The translations under genes and the position numbers were made by a program. A stretch of 64,000 nucleotides of DNA from an uncultured bacterium. Its GTDB lineage: Bacteria > Planctomycetota > UBA1135 > GCA-002686595. Every line of letters starts with the position of its first letter. Position 1 is the first letter of the stretch. The stretch spans positions 32,001 through 96,000 of the forward strand of contig CALSNU010000004.1 in the NCBI GenBank assembly GCA_943787795.1. The letters are read 5' to 3'. Below, piece by piece: positions 27,917 to 37,208 of this stretch. Under the pieces are notes generated by a model, which did not search any database, had not been told where the DNA came from, and saw nothing but the letters and a program-made list of their open reading frames with translations.

Positions 27917-28429
27917 TCAGAGCTTCGTGCTCCGAAGCTCCTCGACCTGCTCCGGCGTGCGGAGCTGAGCGAGGGCGTCGAGCGTCGCCTTGACCAGGTT
28001 GATCGGGTTGGTGGAGCCCAGTGACTTCGAGAGCAGGTTCTTGATGCCCGCCATCTCGGCCACGGCGCGGACCGAGGTGCCGGCGATGATGCCAGTACCC
28101 TCGGAGGCGGGGATGAGCTTGATGCGCGCCGAGCAGAACTCGCCAATCACCTCGTGAGGGATCGACCCCTCCTTGGTGAGCGGGACCCGCTGGAGGTGCT
28201 TGCGACCATCCTTGTTGGCCTTCTCGATGGCACCGGGGACGCCCCGTGCCTTGCCGAAGCCGTAGCCCACGACGCCGCCGCGGTTGCCGACGACGCAAAG
28301 CCCGGAGAATGAGAAGCGGCGACCGCCCTTGACGACCGCTGCGCAGCGGTTGACCTGCAGCAGCTGCTCAGCGAGCTCGCCAGCCTCTTCGACCTCGCTA
28401 TGGTCGAGGTATTCGACGTGAGTCTTCAT
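27917..28429 (-). CDS. rpsE: 30S ribosomal protein uS5
   Basis: VVKGGRRFSF, GYGFGKA, PASEGTGIIAG, GSTNPINLVKAT. Confidence 0.98.
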   Translation of the reverse strand: MKTHVEYLDHSEVEEAGELAEQLLQVNRCAAVVKGGRRFSFSGLCVVGNRGGVVGYGFGKARGVPGAIEKANKDGRKHLQRVPLTKEGSIPHEVIGEFCSARIKLIPASEGTGIIAGTSVRAVAEMAGIKNLLSKSLGSTNPINLVKATLDALAQLRTPEQVEELRSTKL

Positions 28430-28456
28430 GGTTGTTCGTATGTGCGCGCGCGGCGA

Positions 28457-28828
28457 TCAGAGGGAGAGGCCGCCTTCACGGGCAGCATCAGCGAGGGCCT
28501 TCACGCGGCCGTGGTAGCGGGAGAAGCCGCGATCGAGCACGACGTTGGTGACATCCTTCTCCTTGGCGAGACGAGCGATCTCGGCGCCGATGACGGCGGC
28601 CTTCTCGGTCTTGGTCTTGCCCTGGAGCTGGTCGGCGAGCTTCTTCGACGTGGACGACACCGCGCAGAGCGTGTTGCCGGATCCGTCGTCGATGACCTGA
28701 GCCGAGATGTGCTTGGAGGAGCGATGCACGGAGAGCCGCGGGAGGCCCGAGTACTTGCCGATACGACGGCGGACGCTCTTGGCGCGCCGGTCCCGGCGCT
28801 TGTTCTTGAGTAGAAGGGTGGACTTCAT
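28457..28828 (-). CDS. rplR: 50S ribosomal protein uL18
   Basis: PRLSVHRSSKHISAQVIDD, YHGRVKALADAAREGGL. Confidence 0.98.
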   Translation of the reverse strand: MKSTLLLKNKRRDRRAKSVRRRIGKYSGLPRLSVHRSSKHISAQVIDDGSGNTLCAVSSTSKKLADQLQGKTKTEKAAVIGAEIARLAKEKDVTNVVLDRGFSRYHGRVKALADAAREGGLSL

Positions 28829-28845
28829 ATTGATGCAGCCTCGCG

Positions 28846-29391
28846 TCAGCTACCGAACGACTTGCCGGCCTTCCTCTTCACGTACTCGCCGTGGTACCGG
28901 ATGCCCTTGCCCTTGTAGGGCTCGGGCGGGCGGACAGCGCGGATGACGGCGGCCATCTGGCCGACCATCTGCTTGTCCGGTCCGGTCAGGACGATCTGTG
29001 TGGGGTTCGGGCAATCAGCCGAGACTCCGTCCGGCAGTTGGATGGGTACGTCGTGGCAGAAGCCGATGTTCAGGACCACCTTGGTGCCCTGGACCTTGGC
29101 GTTCCAACCGACACCGACGATCTCGAGCTTCTTCTCGAAGCCCTTGGTGACACCCTCAACCATGTTGTGGACGAGGGAGCGGGTGAGGCCGTGGTAGGCG
29201 CGGGCGGCGCGGGCCGCTCCGGAGCCGTTGACCGTGACGCAGGCAGCGCTGCCTTCCACCGCGACTTCGACCTCAGGCCGAAGGGTGATGGAGAGGGTGC
29301 CCTTGGGCCCCTTCACGTTCACGTCGCGTCCCTTGACGCTGACGTCGACGCCGCCGGGGATGGCGACGGGTGCTTTTCCGATACGAGACAT
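28846..29391 (-). CDS. rplF: 50S ribosomal protein uL6
   Basis: MSRIGKAPV, VKGPKG, RPPEPYKGKGIRY. Confidence 0.98.
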   Translation of the reverse strand: MSRIGKAPVAIPGGVDVSVKGRDVNVKGPKGTLSITLRPEVEVAVEGSAACVTVNGSGAARAARAYHGLTRSLVHNMVEGVTKGFEKKLEIVGVGWNAKVQGTKVVLNIGFCHDVPIQLPDGVSADCPNPTQIVLTGPDKQMVGQMAAVIRAVRPPEPYKGKGIRYHGEYVKRKAGKSFGS

Positions 29392-29415
29392 TTCAGGATC
29401 CTCGGTGCAGCGTGA

Positions 29416-29811
29416 TCAGTAGACCTCGGCGAGAAGCTCGCCGCCGACGCCCATCTCTCGGGCCTTGCGGTCCGAGATCACGCCCTTGGGCGTGGAGACG
29501 ACGTGGATTCCCTGACCCCGAAGGACGGGCTTGAGTTCACGCTGGCCGGCATAGACGCGGCGACCAGGAGTGCTGACCCGCTGGATGGAGCGGATGACTT
29601 TCTCGCCATCCACGCCGTAGCGGAGGTCTACCGTGAGAGTGCTCGAGGGCTTCCCCTCCTCCACGGCGTAGTCTTGGATAAAGCCCTCGTCCTTGAGCAC
29701 GTTGGCAATGCCTACGCGCATACGAGAGGCCGGCATGGCAACGCTGGCGCGGCCAATCAGGTTGGCGTTCCTGATGCGCGTGAGCATGTCGGCGATAGGG
29801 TCGGTCATCAT
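29416..29811 (-). CDS. rpsH: 30S ribosomal protein uS8
   Basis: MTDPIADMLTRIRNA, VSTPGRRVY, STPKGV, GGE. Confidence 0.98.
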   Translation of the reverse strand: MMTDPIADMLTRIRNANLIGRASVAMPASRMRVGIANVLKDEGFIQDYAVEEGKPSSTLTVDLRYGVDGEKVIRSIQRVSTPGRRVYAGQRELKPVLRGQGIHVVSTPKGVISDRKAREMGVGGELLAEVY

Positions 29812-29842
29812 GGCTGTTGTTCTCCTTTGCCCTGTGCTGGCC

Positions 29843-30397
29843 TCAGGCCTTCTGGCTGCGGTCGATGAAGGGCATGCCGAGTTCCTTGAGCAGCATGTAG
29901 GCCTGCTCGTCGGTCTGGGCGGTGGTCACAAATGTGACGTCCATGCCCTGCTGGAACTCGATGCGGTCGAAGGGGATCTCGGGGAAGATCGACTGCTCGG
30001 AGATGCCGAGCGTGTAGTTGCCGCGGCCGTCAAGCTTGTCCTTGACCCCACGGAAGTCACGGATACGGGGGAGGACGACCGAGATCAGCCGGTCAGCGAA
30101 CTCCCACATCCGGTCCTGTCGAAGCGTGACCGCGCAGCCGATCGGCATCCCTTCGCGGAGCTTGAACCCGGCGATGGACTTCTTGGCGTTGCGAATCGTC
30201 GGCTTCTGGCCGGTCACTGTTCCCAGGTCGCGCGCGGCGGTCTCCACCTTGGACTTGGACTCGACGGCGCCCTGGACGCCCATGTTCACAACGATCTTCT
30301 CGAGACGAGGGATCGCGTGCAGGTTCTTGATCTCGAAGGCCTCCGAAAGCTTGCTTCGGACCTCCGATTGATACTTGGTTTTAAGGCGTGCAGCCAT
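29843..30397 (-). CDS. rplE: 50S ribosomal protein uL5
   Basis: [35 protein letters not shown]. Confidence 0.98.
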   Translation of the reverse strand: MAARLKTKYQSEVRSKLSEAFEIKNLHAIPRLEKIVVNMGVQGAVESKSKVETAARDLGTVTGQKPTIRNAKKSIAGFKLREGMPIGCAVTLRQDRMWEFADRLISVVLPRIRDFRGVKDKLDGRGNYTLGISEQSIFPEIPFDRIEFQQGMDVTFVTTAQTDEQAYMLLKELGMPFIDRSQKA

Positions 30398-30447
30398 TGT
30401 TCTGGGACCGGTCGTTGTCGGTCCTGGATGGACTGGGGTTGAGTGGA

Positions 30448-30708
30448 CTAGTTCGACGCGGGACGCTTGCGCGTGCCCTTGCCGGTGGATGGATCGAGCA
30501 GCATCACGTTGCTCGCATGGATGGGGAACTCGCGCTCCACTCGGTCGCCCTGCGGGTTGGACTGAGTCGGCTTGACGTGCTTGGTCCGGACGTTGACGCC
30601 CGAGACCACCACTCGATTCGCGCTGAGCATCACGTCGACGACCTCGCCGGTGCTGCCCTTGTCGTTGCCAGAGATGACGATCACCTGGTCTCCGCGCTTG
30701 ACGTGCAT
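30448..30708 (-). CDS. rplX: 50S ribosomal protein uL24
   Basis: [17 protein letters not shown] (KOW), PIHASNV. Confidence 0.97.
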   Translation of the reverse strand: MHVKRGDQVIVISGNDKGSTGEVVDVMLSANRVVVSGVNVRTKHVKPTQSNPQGDRVEREFPIHASNVMLLDPSTGKGTRKRPASN

Positions 30709-31076
30709 CAGATGACCTCCTGAGCCAGCGAGACGATCTTCATGAAGCTGCGGTCGCGCAGCTCGCGGGCCACGGCCCCGAAGATGCGGGTGCCCTTGGG
30801 GTTCCCCTCTCCGTCGACCAGGACCAGAGCGTTCCGGTCGAACTTGACGTAGCTACCGTCGCCGCGGCGGGTGCTTTGCTTCACCCGGACGATGACGCCC
30901 TTCACGATGGTGCCCGTCTTCACTTCGGAGCCCGCGATGGACTTCTTCACCGAGGCCACGACGATGTCACCGAGGCCGGCGTAGCGCCGGTGTGTTCCTC
31001 CGAGAACCTTGATGCACTGCACCTGCTTGGCGCCGGTGTTGTCAGCCACATCGAGATAGGTCTGCATCTGAATCAT
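30708..31076 (-). CDS. rplN: 50S ribosomal protein uL14
   Basis: [28 protein letters not shown]. Confidence 0.98.
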   Translation of the reverse strand: MIQMQTYLDVADNTGAKQVQCIKVLGGTHRRYAGLGDIVVASVKKSIAGSEVKTGTIVKGVIVRVKQSTRRGDGSYVKFDRNALVLVDGEGNPKGTRIFGAVARELRDRSFMKIVSLAQEVI

Positions 31077-31456
31077 GACGACACCTCCTCGGAGCCAGCG
31101 GACTCACCCCCCATCGCGTCAGCCGTGGCGGCTGCCTGAACCTGACCGGGCTTGAGCGCACCGGCCGGGAGCGAGGGGCGCTCGACGACGCGGACCAGGC
31201 GATAACGCTTGGTCTTGGAAAGGGGGCGGCACTCCATGACCTCAACGCGGTCGCCGGTGGCAGCCTCGTTGTTCTCGTCATGAACGTGAACCTTGGAGTG
31301 GCGCCGGATGTACTTCTTGTACTTCGGGTGCTTGAACTTCCGCTCGACGCGGATGGTGATGGACTTGTCCATCGCGTCGCTTGAGACAGTTCCTTCGAGC
31401 ACGCGGCGGCTGTTGCGCGCCTGCTCGGAGTTGGTGTCTGTGGTGGTGTCGGTCAT
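31073..31456 (-). CDS. rpsQ: 30S ribosomal protein uS17
   Basis: [25 protein letters not shown]. Confidence 0.98.
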   Translation of the reverse strand: MTDTTTDTNSEQARNSRRVLEGTVSSDAMDKSITIRVERKFKHPKYKKYIRRHSKVHVHDENNEAATGDRVEVMECRPLSKTKRYRLVRVVERPSLPAGALKPGQVQAAATADAMGGESAGSEEVSS

Positions 31457-31528
31457 CGCTTCGTGGCCGCCGCGAGCGGAGCCATGGGCTGAGGAAGGAT
31501 TCGTGTGGGGCGTCTACGCGGAGGGGCG

Positions 31529-31741
31529 TTACTTGGCGGCCGCGCCACGGACGCCAGTGGCGCGCTCGTGGAGAATGGTCTGGATGCGCGCCACGGAGCG
31601 GCGCAGATCCCGGACTCGGCCGGTGTTGGAGTCGGTCCCCATCGAGGCGCGGAAGCGCGCATCAAAGAGTTCCTTCTTGAGGTTCGTCATGTCGAACTCG
31701 AGCTCCGAGTCCGTCTTGGCGCGGATGTCTTCGATCTTCAT
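31529..31741 (-). CDS. rpmC: 50S ribosomal protein uL29
   Basis: LKKELFDARF, LRRSVARIQTILHER; position in the S10 operon. Confidence 0.95.
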   Translation of the reverse strand: MKIEDIRAKTDSELEFDMTNLKKELFDARFRASMGTDSNTGRVRDLRRSVARIQTILHERATGVRGAAAK

Positions 31742-31750
31742 GTCTTGCGA

Positions 31751-32170
31751 TCAGGTCGTCGGCGTACGCCGGACCATGCGGACCTTGACGGGCATCTTGT
31801 GGGCGATGCGCTTGAACGCGAGCTTCGCCTTGTCCTCGGTCACGTTGCCGAGCTCGAACAGAATGGTTCCCGGCCTCACCTCGGCCGCCCAGAAGTCGAT
31901 GTCACCTTTACCTTTACCCATCCGAGTCTCGGCGGGCTTGGAGGAGATCGGCTTGTCAGGGAAGACGCGGATCCAGATCTTGGCCGCGCCCTGAGTGGCA
32001 CGGTTGGCCGCGATCCGGCTCGCCTCGAGCTGCCGGCCGTTGATCCAGCCAGCGTCCAGGGACTGGAGGCCGTAGTCACCGAAGGAGACCCGGTTCCCGC
32101 GCGTGGCGAGTCCCTTGATCTTCCCGCGGAAGACGCGCCGGCGCTTGATGCGCTTGGGCATGTAAGCCAT
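31751..32170 (-). CDS. rplP: 50S ribosomal protein uL16
   Basis: FGDYGL, IWIRVFPDKP, ETRMGKGKG. Confidence 0.98.
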   Translation of the reverse strand: MAYMPKRIKRRRVFRGKIKGLATRGNRVSFGDYGLQSLDAGWINGRQLEASRIAANRATQGAAKIWIRVFPDKPISSKPAETRMGKGKGDIDFWAAEVRPGTILFELGNVTEDKAKLAFKRIAHKMPVKVRMVRRTPTT

Positions 32171-32985
32171 CACGCACCTCCCTGGTTGAAGGAGCCTTGA
32201 GGAGTCGCGGGCGCGCCGGGGCGCGGACCGCCACCGCCGCCCCCACCTCGGGGGCCTCCGCGACCGCGACCGCCGCGGCGACCCGAGCCACGGCGAGGTC
32301 CGCCGCGGTCGTACCGGCCACCGGCAGCAGAGGTGACGCGGTAGTTGATCTTCTCGCCACGCTCGATGTCGCCCTTGTAGATCCAGACCTTGACGCCGAT
32401 GACGCCGTAGGTGGTCCGAGCGAGCGCGGTGCCGTACTCGACGTTCGACTGAAGGGTCGACAGGGGCACGCGCCCCTCCCTCTCCTGGAGCTGACGCGCC
32501 ATCTCGGCGCCGCCCAGTCGGCCGTTGATCATGACCTTCACGCCGAGCGCGCCGGCCTGCATGGTCGTCTGGATCGCCTTCTTGACCGCGCGACGGAACG
32601 CCATTCGGCGCTTGAGTTGCTCGGCGATGACCTCGGCGACGAGGCCGGCCGAGAGCTCGGGGCGCTTGATCTCGTGGATCGTCAGGTGAACCGTGGTCTC
32701 CGCGATCGCCTGCAGCTCGGCCTTGAGCTGGTCGATCCGAATGCCCTTGCGGCCGACGAGGACGCCGGGACGCGCGGTGTAGATGATGACGTTGACGGCG
32801 TCACTGGTGCGCTCGATCTCGATGCGCGGGATGCCGGCAGAGCCGTACTCCTTCGCGACGTGGTCCCGGATCTGCTTGTCCTGATAGAGCAGTCGCGCGA
32901 AGTCGCGCTTGTGCCCGTGCCACCGGGATGCCCAGGGCTCAATGATTCCGACGCGATAGCCGGTGGGGTGGATCTTCTGTCCCAT
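32170..32985 (-). CDS. rpsC: 30S ribosomal protein uS3 with RGG-rich tail
   Basis: MGQKIHPTGYR, ARPGVLVG, GRLGGAEMAR, TTYGVIGVKVWI. Confidence 0.98.
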   Translation of the reverse strand: MGQKIHPTGYRVGIIEPWASRWHGHKRDFARLLYQDKQIRDHVAKEYGSAGIPRIEIERTSDAVNVIIYTARPGVLVGRKGIRIDQLKAELQAIAETTVHLTIHEIKRPELSAGLVAEVIAEQLKRRMAFRRAVKKAIQTTMQAGALGVKVMINGRLGGAEMARQLQEREGRVPLSTLQSNVEYGTALARTTYGVIGVKVWIYKGDIERGEKINYRVTSAAGGRYDRGGPRRGSGRRGGRGRGGPRGGGGGGGPRPGAPATPQGSFNQGGA

Positions 32986-33021
32986 GGATGATCTCTCGTG
33001 CTAGAGGGGCGCAGGGCCTCC

Positions 33022-33438
33022 TCAGGCGTTGGCGGCCTCCGCGTCCGCGCTGGAGTCCGTTGCAAAGGCCGAGGCCTGCGCGACGATCACGGTGAGGTGC
33101 GAGGTCTTCTTCGCGTAGGGCATCGCGCGTCCCTGGGGACCGGGGCGATACCGGAGACGGTTGTTGAGCATCGGGCCGTCGTCGGCCCGGCAGTCACTGA
33201 TGAACAGGTCGTTGACGTCGACCGACTCGTCCTGTGAGGCATTGGCAATCGCAGAGAGCAGGACCTTCTTGTAGAAGGCCGCGCCGCGCTGAGGCAGCAG
33301 CTCCAGGATTTCAAGCGCATCGTTGACCGCGCGACCCCGGATGGCACCCGCCACGAGGCGGGCCTTCCGTGAGGAGATGCGGGCGTAGCGGTGGCGGGCG
33401 ACGAACCCACCGAGCTCCCTGATGATCTCGTTCTTCAT
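33022..33438 (-). CDS. rplV: 50S ribosomal protein uL22
   Basis: RISSRKARLV, SAIANA, GRA, TSHLTV. Confidence 0.97.
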   Translation of the reverse strand: MKNEIIRELGGFVARHRYARISSRKARLVAGAIRGRAVNDALEILELLPQRGAAFYKKVLLSAIANASQDESVDVNDLFISDCRADDGPMLNNRLRYRPGPQGRAMPYAKKTSHLTVIVAQASAFATDSSADAEAANA

Positions 33439-33443
33439 GGTGC

Positions 33444-33728
33444 TCAGCGGCCTCCCTTCGCGCCTTCTTTCTTGTTGGTGTGGCCGCGGAAGACGCGCGA
33501 GGGCGCGAACTCACCGAGCTTGTGCCCCACCATGTCTTCGTTGACAGCGACCTTCACGTGCTTGCGTCCGTCGTGGACCATGAAGATGTGCCCGATGAAG
33601 TCGGGGGAAATAGTGCAGGCGCGCGCCCACGTGGTGATCGGGTTCTTTGTCCCGGCCTCGTTTTGCGCGAGGACCTTCTTCTCGAGCTTGGCGTCGATGA
33701 AGGGACCTTTCTTGATGCTTCTTGACAT
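33444..33728 (-). CDS. rpsS: 30S ribosomal protein uS19
   Basis: [21 protein letters not shown]. Confidence 0.98.
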   Translation of the reverse strand: MSRSIKKGPFIDAKLEKKVLAQNEAGTKNPITTWARACTISPDFIGHIFMVHDGRKHVKVAVNEDMVGHKLGEFAPSRVFRGHTNKKEGAKGGR

Positions 33729-33797
33729 GACGTTCTGAGTGCGTCGAGCCGCGGCGGCCTGGATGCTCCGGGGAGCGTCCAGGGTTCGCCAGCCGGA

Positions 33798-34631
33798 TCA
33801 CTTGCGCTTACGGCGGCGGCGGATGATGAAGACGTCGGTCGGGTGATTACGGCGGCGCGTTCGTCCGCCCTTCGCGAGGACGGCCGTCGGCGAGCAGGGG
33901 TGACGACCACCTGCGGTCCGGCCTTCACCACCACCCATGGGGTGGTCGACCGGGTTCATTGCCGTTCCGCGGACGTGCGGGCGGCGGCCCAGGTGACGCT
34001 TCCGCCCGGCCTTGCCGAGCTTGACGTTCTGGTGATCGGTGTTGCCAACGCGACCGATGGTGGCGCGGCAGGTGACGTGCACTCGACGCAGCTCGCCCGA
34101 GGGCAGAAGCAACACGGCGTAGCTCCCCTCACGGGCCGTCAGCTGGGCAGACGAGCCCGCGGTGCGGACCATCTGGCCGCCGCGACCGGGCTGCAGCTCG
34201 ACGTTGTGGACCTGGACACCGATCGGGATGTCGCGAAGCATCTTCGCGTTGCCCGGGTTCGGTTCAGCGTCGGGGCCGGACAGGATCGCCTGCCCCACCT
34301 CGAGTCCGATCGGCGCGAGGATGTACCTCTTCTCGCCGTCGGCGTAATGCAGCAGGGCGATGAAGCACGTGCGGTTCGGGTCGTACTCGATCGTCGCAAC
34401 CTTGGCGGGAATCCCGTCCTTGTTGCGCTTGAAGTCGATGACCCGGTACTTGCGCTTGTGACCACCCCCGCGGAAGCGGGCGGTGATACGACCGTAGTTG
34501 TTACGGCCTCCGGTCTTCTTGAGGGGACGCAGGAGAGACTTCTCCGGCGTCGTCGAGGTGACCTCTTCGTAGGTGAGCACGCTGCCGTGGCGGCGGCCCG
34601 GAGAGGTCGGCTTGTACTTGCGAATCGGCAT
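33798..34631 (-). CDS. rplB: 50S ribosomal protein uL2
   Basis: [34 protein letters not shown]. Confidence 0.99.
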   Translation of the reverse strand: MPIRKYKPTSPGRRHGSVLTYEEVTSTTPEKSLLRPLKKTGGRNNYGRITARFRGGGHKRKYRVIDFKRNKDGIPAKVATIEYDPNRTCFIALLHYADGEKRYILAPIGLEVGQAILSGPDAEPNPGNAKMLRDIPIGVQVHNVELQPGRGGQMVRTAGSSAQLTAREGSYAVLLLPSGELRRVHVTCRATIGRVGNTDHQNVKLGKAGRKRHLGRRPHVRGTAMNPVDHPMGGGEGRTAGGRHPCSPTAVLAKGGRTRRRNHPTDVFIIRRRRKRK

Positions 34632-34670
34632 GAGACTTAGCCTTGATCTTTGGATCGAACGGGGAGCCCG

Positions 34671-34964
34671 TCAGATCACGTCGATCGTGTCGCCCTCCTT
34701 CAGCGTGACCATGGCCTTCTTCCAGTCGGGCTTTTGGCCCTTGACGTAACCGCGGCGGCGGACCTTGCCCTTGACGCCGGAGGTGTTTACCGACATGACC
34801 TTCACTTCGAACAGGGTCTCGATCGCGTGGCGGATCTCGATCTTGTTCGCGTCCGTCGGGACGCGGAAGTGGTAGGCGTTGCGGAAATGGGTGTCCGTGG
34901 TCGCCTTCTCGGTGACGTGGGACTGCTTGATGATCTGGTAGTAGCGGTCGAGGTGTTGACTCAC
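34671..34964 (-). CDS. rplW: 50S ribosomal protein uL23
   Basis: TEKA, ANKIEI, WKKAMVTL. Confidence 0.97.
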   Translation of the reverse strand: MSQHLDRYYQIIKQSHVTEKATTDTHFRNAYHFRVPTDANKIEIRHAIETLFEVKVMSVNTSGVKGKVRRRGYVKGQKPDWKKAMVTLKEGDTIDVI

Positions 34965-35611
34965 GACTCACCTCCATTGTTGGACGCTTCGGCCTTCCGG
35001 CCGACCCGTGCGCTCAGGTGATCGAGCGCGCCCTGCTCTGCGATGATCGTTCCGCCGTTCACCACGTCGTAGGCGCACAGCTCAGCGGCGATGCGGACCT
35101 CAACGCGAGGGAAGTTGCGGAAGGACTTGTAGAGGTTCTCGTTGCGCTCGGTGATCACGACGCACGCCCTGCGGGTGGCGTCGAGGTCGCCGAGGACCTT
35201 GCGGGCCGAGCGCGAGGACGGCTCTGCCCAGTCACCCAGGTCCGCGATGACGAGCTCGCCGTCGGCGATCTTGCCAGCCAGCGCAGAGCGAAGCGCCACG
35301 CGACGGGCCTTGGTCGGCATGTGATAGCTGTAGTCACGGGGCTTCGGCCCGAAGACCGTTCCACCACCGCGCCAGATCGGCGACTTGACGTCACCGGCAC
35401 GGGCTCGGCCCGTGTGCTTCTGCTTGTACGGCTTCTTGTTGGTGCCCTTGACCTCACTGCGCCCCTTGGTGGAGGCGGTGCCCTGCCGCTGGTTCGCCAT
35501 GTGCATGACGACCGCGTCCTTCAGGGTGCGGTAGAGGACCTTCTCGCCGAAGGGCGCGACGTCCAACTCGACCTCGCCGACACTGCCGGCCTTGTAGCTT
35601 TTGACCTTCAT
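34961..35611 (-). CDS. rplD: 50S ribosomal protein uL4
   Basis: RQGTASTKGRSEV, KPYKQKHTGRARAG, GGGTVFGPKPR. Confidence 0.98.
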   Translation of the reverse strand: MKVKSYKAGSVGEVELDVAPFGEKVLYRTLKDAVVMHMANQRQGTASTKGRSEVKGTNKKPYKQKHTGRARAGDVKSPIWRGGGTVFGPKPRDYSYHMPTKARRVALRSALAGKIADGELVIADLGDWAEPSSRSARKVLGDLDATRRACVVITERNENLYKSFRNFPRVEVRIAAELCAYDVVNGGTIIAEQGALDHLSARVGRKAEASNNGGES

Positions 35612-35618
35612 CGGTGGC

Positions 35619-36254
35619 TCACTTCTTCACGCCCGTGCGGGCGGTCTGGACCTGGACGAAGCTGCCGTTGTGACCCGGCACTGATCCCTTGATGAGGAGG
35701 AGGTTGCGGTCGGCATCGACTCGCATGACCTCGAGGTTCTTCACGGTCTTGCGCGAGGCACCGTAGTGGCCGCTCATGCGCTTGCCCTTGAAGACGCGAC
35801 CCGGGTAGGCCGAGCAGCCGATCGAGCCCGGCGCCCGATAGTTCATCGAGCCGTGGGTCTTCGGACCGCGAGCGAAGCCGTGGCGCTTGATCGTGCCGGC
35901 GAAGCCGCGACCCTTGGTGGTCCCGACGACGTCGACGAGTGCGCCGGCCTCGAAGACCTCGACCGTGATGGTTTGCCCCACCTCGTGCTCGGAGGGCCCA
36001 TCGAGCCGCTCCTCGCGCAGGAAGCGCTTGGGAGCCGTCCCGATGCCTTTGGCGGCCTCGCGTTGCGGCTTCTTCGAGACCTTGTCCCGAATGTCCTCGT
36101 AACCGAGCTGAATGGCCGAATAGCCATCCTTCTCTTCAGTGCGCAGCTGCATGACAATGCAAGGCCCCGCCTCGACCACGGTCACCGGAGTGACCGTGCC
36201 GTCGTCGGCGAAGAGTTGCGTCATGCCTCTCTTGCGTCCCAGAAGAAGCGTCAT
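35619..36254 (-). CDS. rplC: 50S ribosomal protein uL3
   Basis: Start MTLLLGRKRGMTQ; DGYSAIQ, KGRGFAG, HGS..RAPGSIG, KGSVPG. Confidence 0.98.
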   Translation of the reverse strand: MTLLLGRKRGMTQLFADDGTVTPVTVVEAGPCIVMQLRTEEKDGYSAIQLGYEDIRDKVSKKPQREAAKGIGTAPKRFLREERLDGPSEHEVGQTITVEVFEAGALVDVVGTTKGRGFAGTIKRHGFARGPKTHGSMNYRAPGSIGCSAYPGRVFKGKRMSGHYGASRKTVKNLEVMRVDADRNLLLIKGSVPGHNGSFVQVQTARTGVKK

Positions 36255-36429
36255 GTCTTCGTGAGAAAGGGTTGGTGGAAGCCGGTTCGACCTGAAAGCA
36301 CGGGCCCGGAGTGAACTCCAGGCCGGCGCAACGCCAGGCCACGCGGCGGGGTGGGTGGGGATGAGTGAGTCGAAAGAGCAGACCCGGGTGCCTTGCCCAC
36401 CGGAGTGGGAGGCCCTGGGCCCGTTGAGA

Positions 36430-36735
36430 TCAGGCCTTGATGCGGATGTCGACACCCGCAGGCATGTTGAGCGACGACAGGGAGTCGACGGTCTGCGCGG
36501 TGGAGTCCGAGATGAAGATCAGCCGCTTGTGCGTGCGAATCTCGAACTGCTCACGCGACTTCTTGTCGATGAACGGCGAGCGAAGCACGGTGTACTTCTC
36601 GATTCGAGTCGGCAGCGGGATGGGCCCCTGGACGCGGGCGCCCGTGCGCTTGGCCGTCTCGACGATCTCGGCGCTCGACTGATCGAGGGCCTCGTGGTCG
36701 TAGGCCTCCATGCGGATTTGAATGCGGTCGCTCAT
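36430..36735 (-). CDS. rpsJ: 30S ribosomal protein uS10
   Basis: Start [35 protein letters not shown]. Confidence 0.98.
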   Translation of the reverse strand: MSDRIQIRMEAYDHEALDQSSAEIVETAKRTGARVQGPIPLPTRIEKYTVLRSPFIDKKSREQFEIRTHKRLIFISDSTAQTVDSLSSLNMPAGVDIRIKA

Positions 36736-36990
36736 GCTTGCTTCGAGCTCTTGGGCGCCCCTCCGCCCCCGAGCGTCGGAGGAGATAGTGGCGGCGTTGA
36801 GATCGGGCCGGGCAGGCCCTTCTGACTGGGGGGTGTTGGCGCCTTCCCGTGGGCTCGGACAGCTCCTTGGGGGAGCGCCGATAGGGACGACACAAAAAGG
36901 TCTCGACCCGGCAGGCGGAGGCCCTGGGAAGCGAACGGCATTGGCTCGATCGCTGCTCCAAGGGTCCTGCCTTTCGGGCAAGGGGCAAAG

Positions 36991-37019
36991 AAGGTACGGC
37001 GGGCCCTACCTGCGGTCAA
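36991..37019 (-). promoter_or_regulatory. Sigma70-type S10 operon promoter
   Basis: TTGACC-17 nt-TACCTT about 255 nt upstream of rpsJ. Confidence 0.65.
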
Positions 37020-37208
37020 CGGTGGACGGGAAAAACATCACCACTCGTTGAGGCCGTCGCCCTCCCATGCCCCACAGGCCCGAAACAGGGCCTCTGGCCT
37101 CCTGCGCCCGCGCCTTGACCCTCTAGCGCCACAAGACGGAGCGCACCGCGGGTCCTCGGCCTGGACAAATTAGCGGAATGGTGTCCGGAGAACCGGCGTC
37201 CCGGCCGA

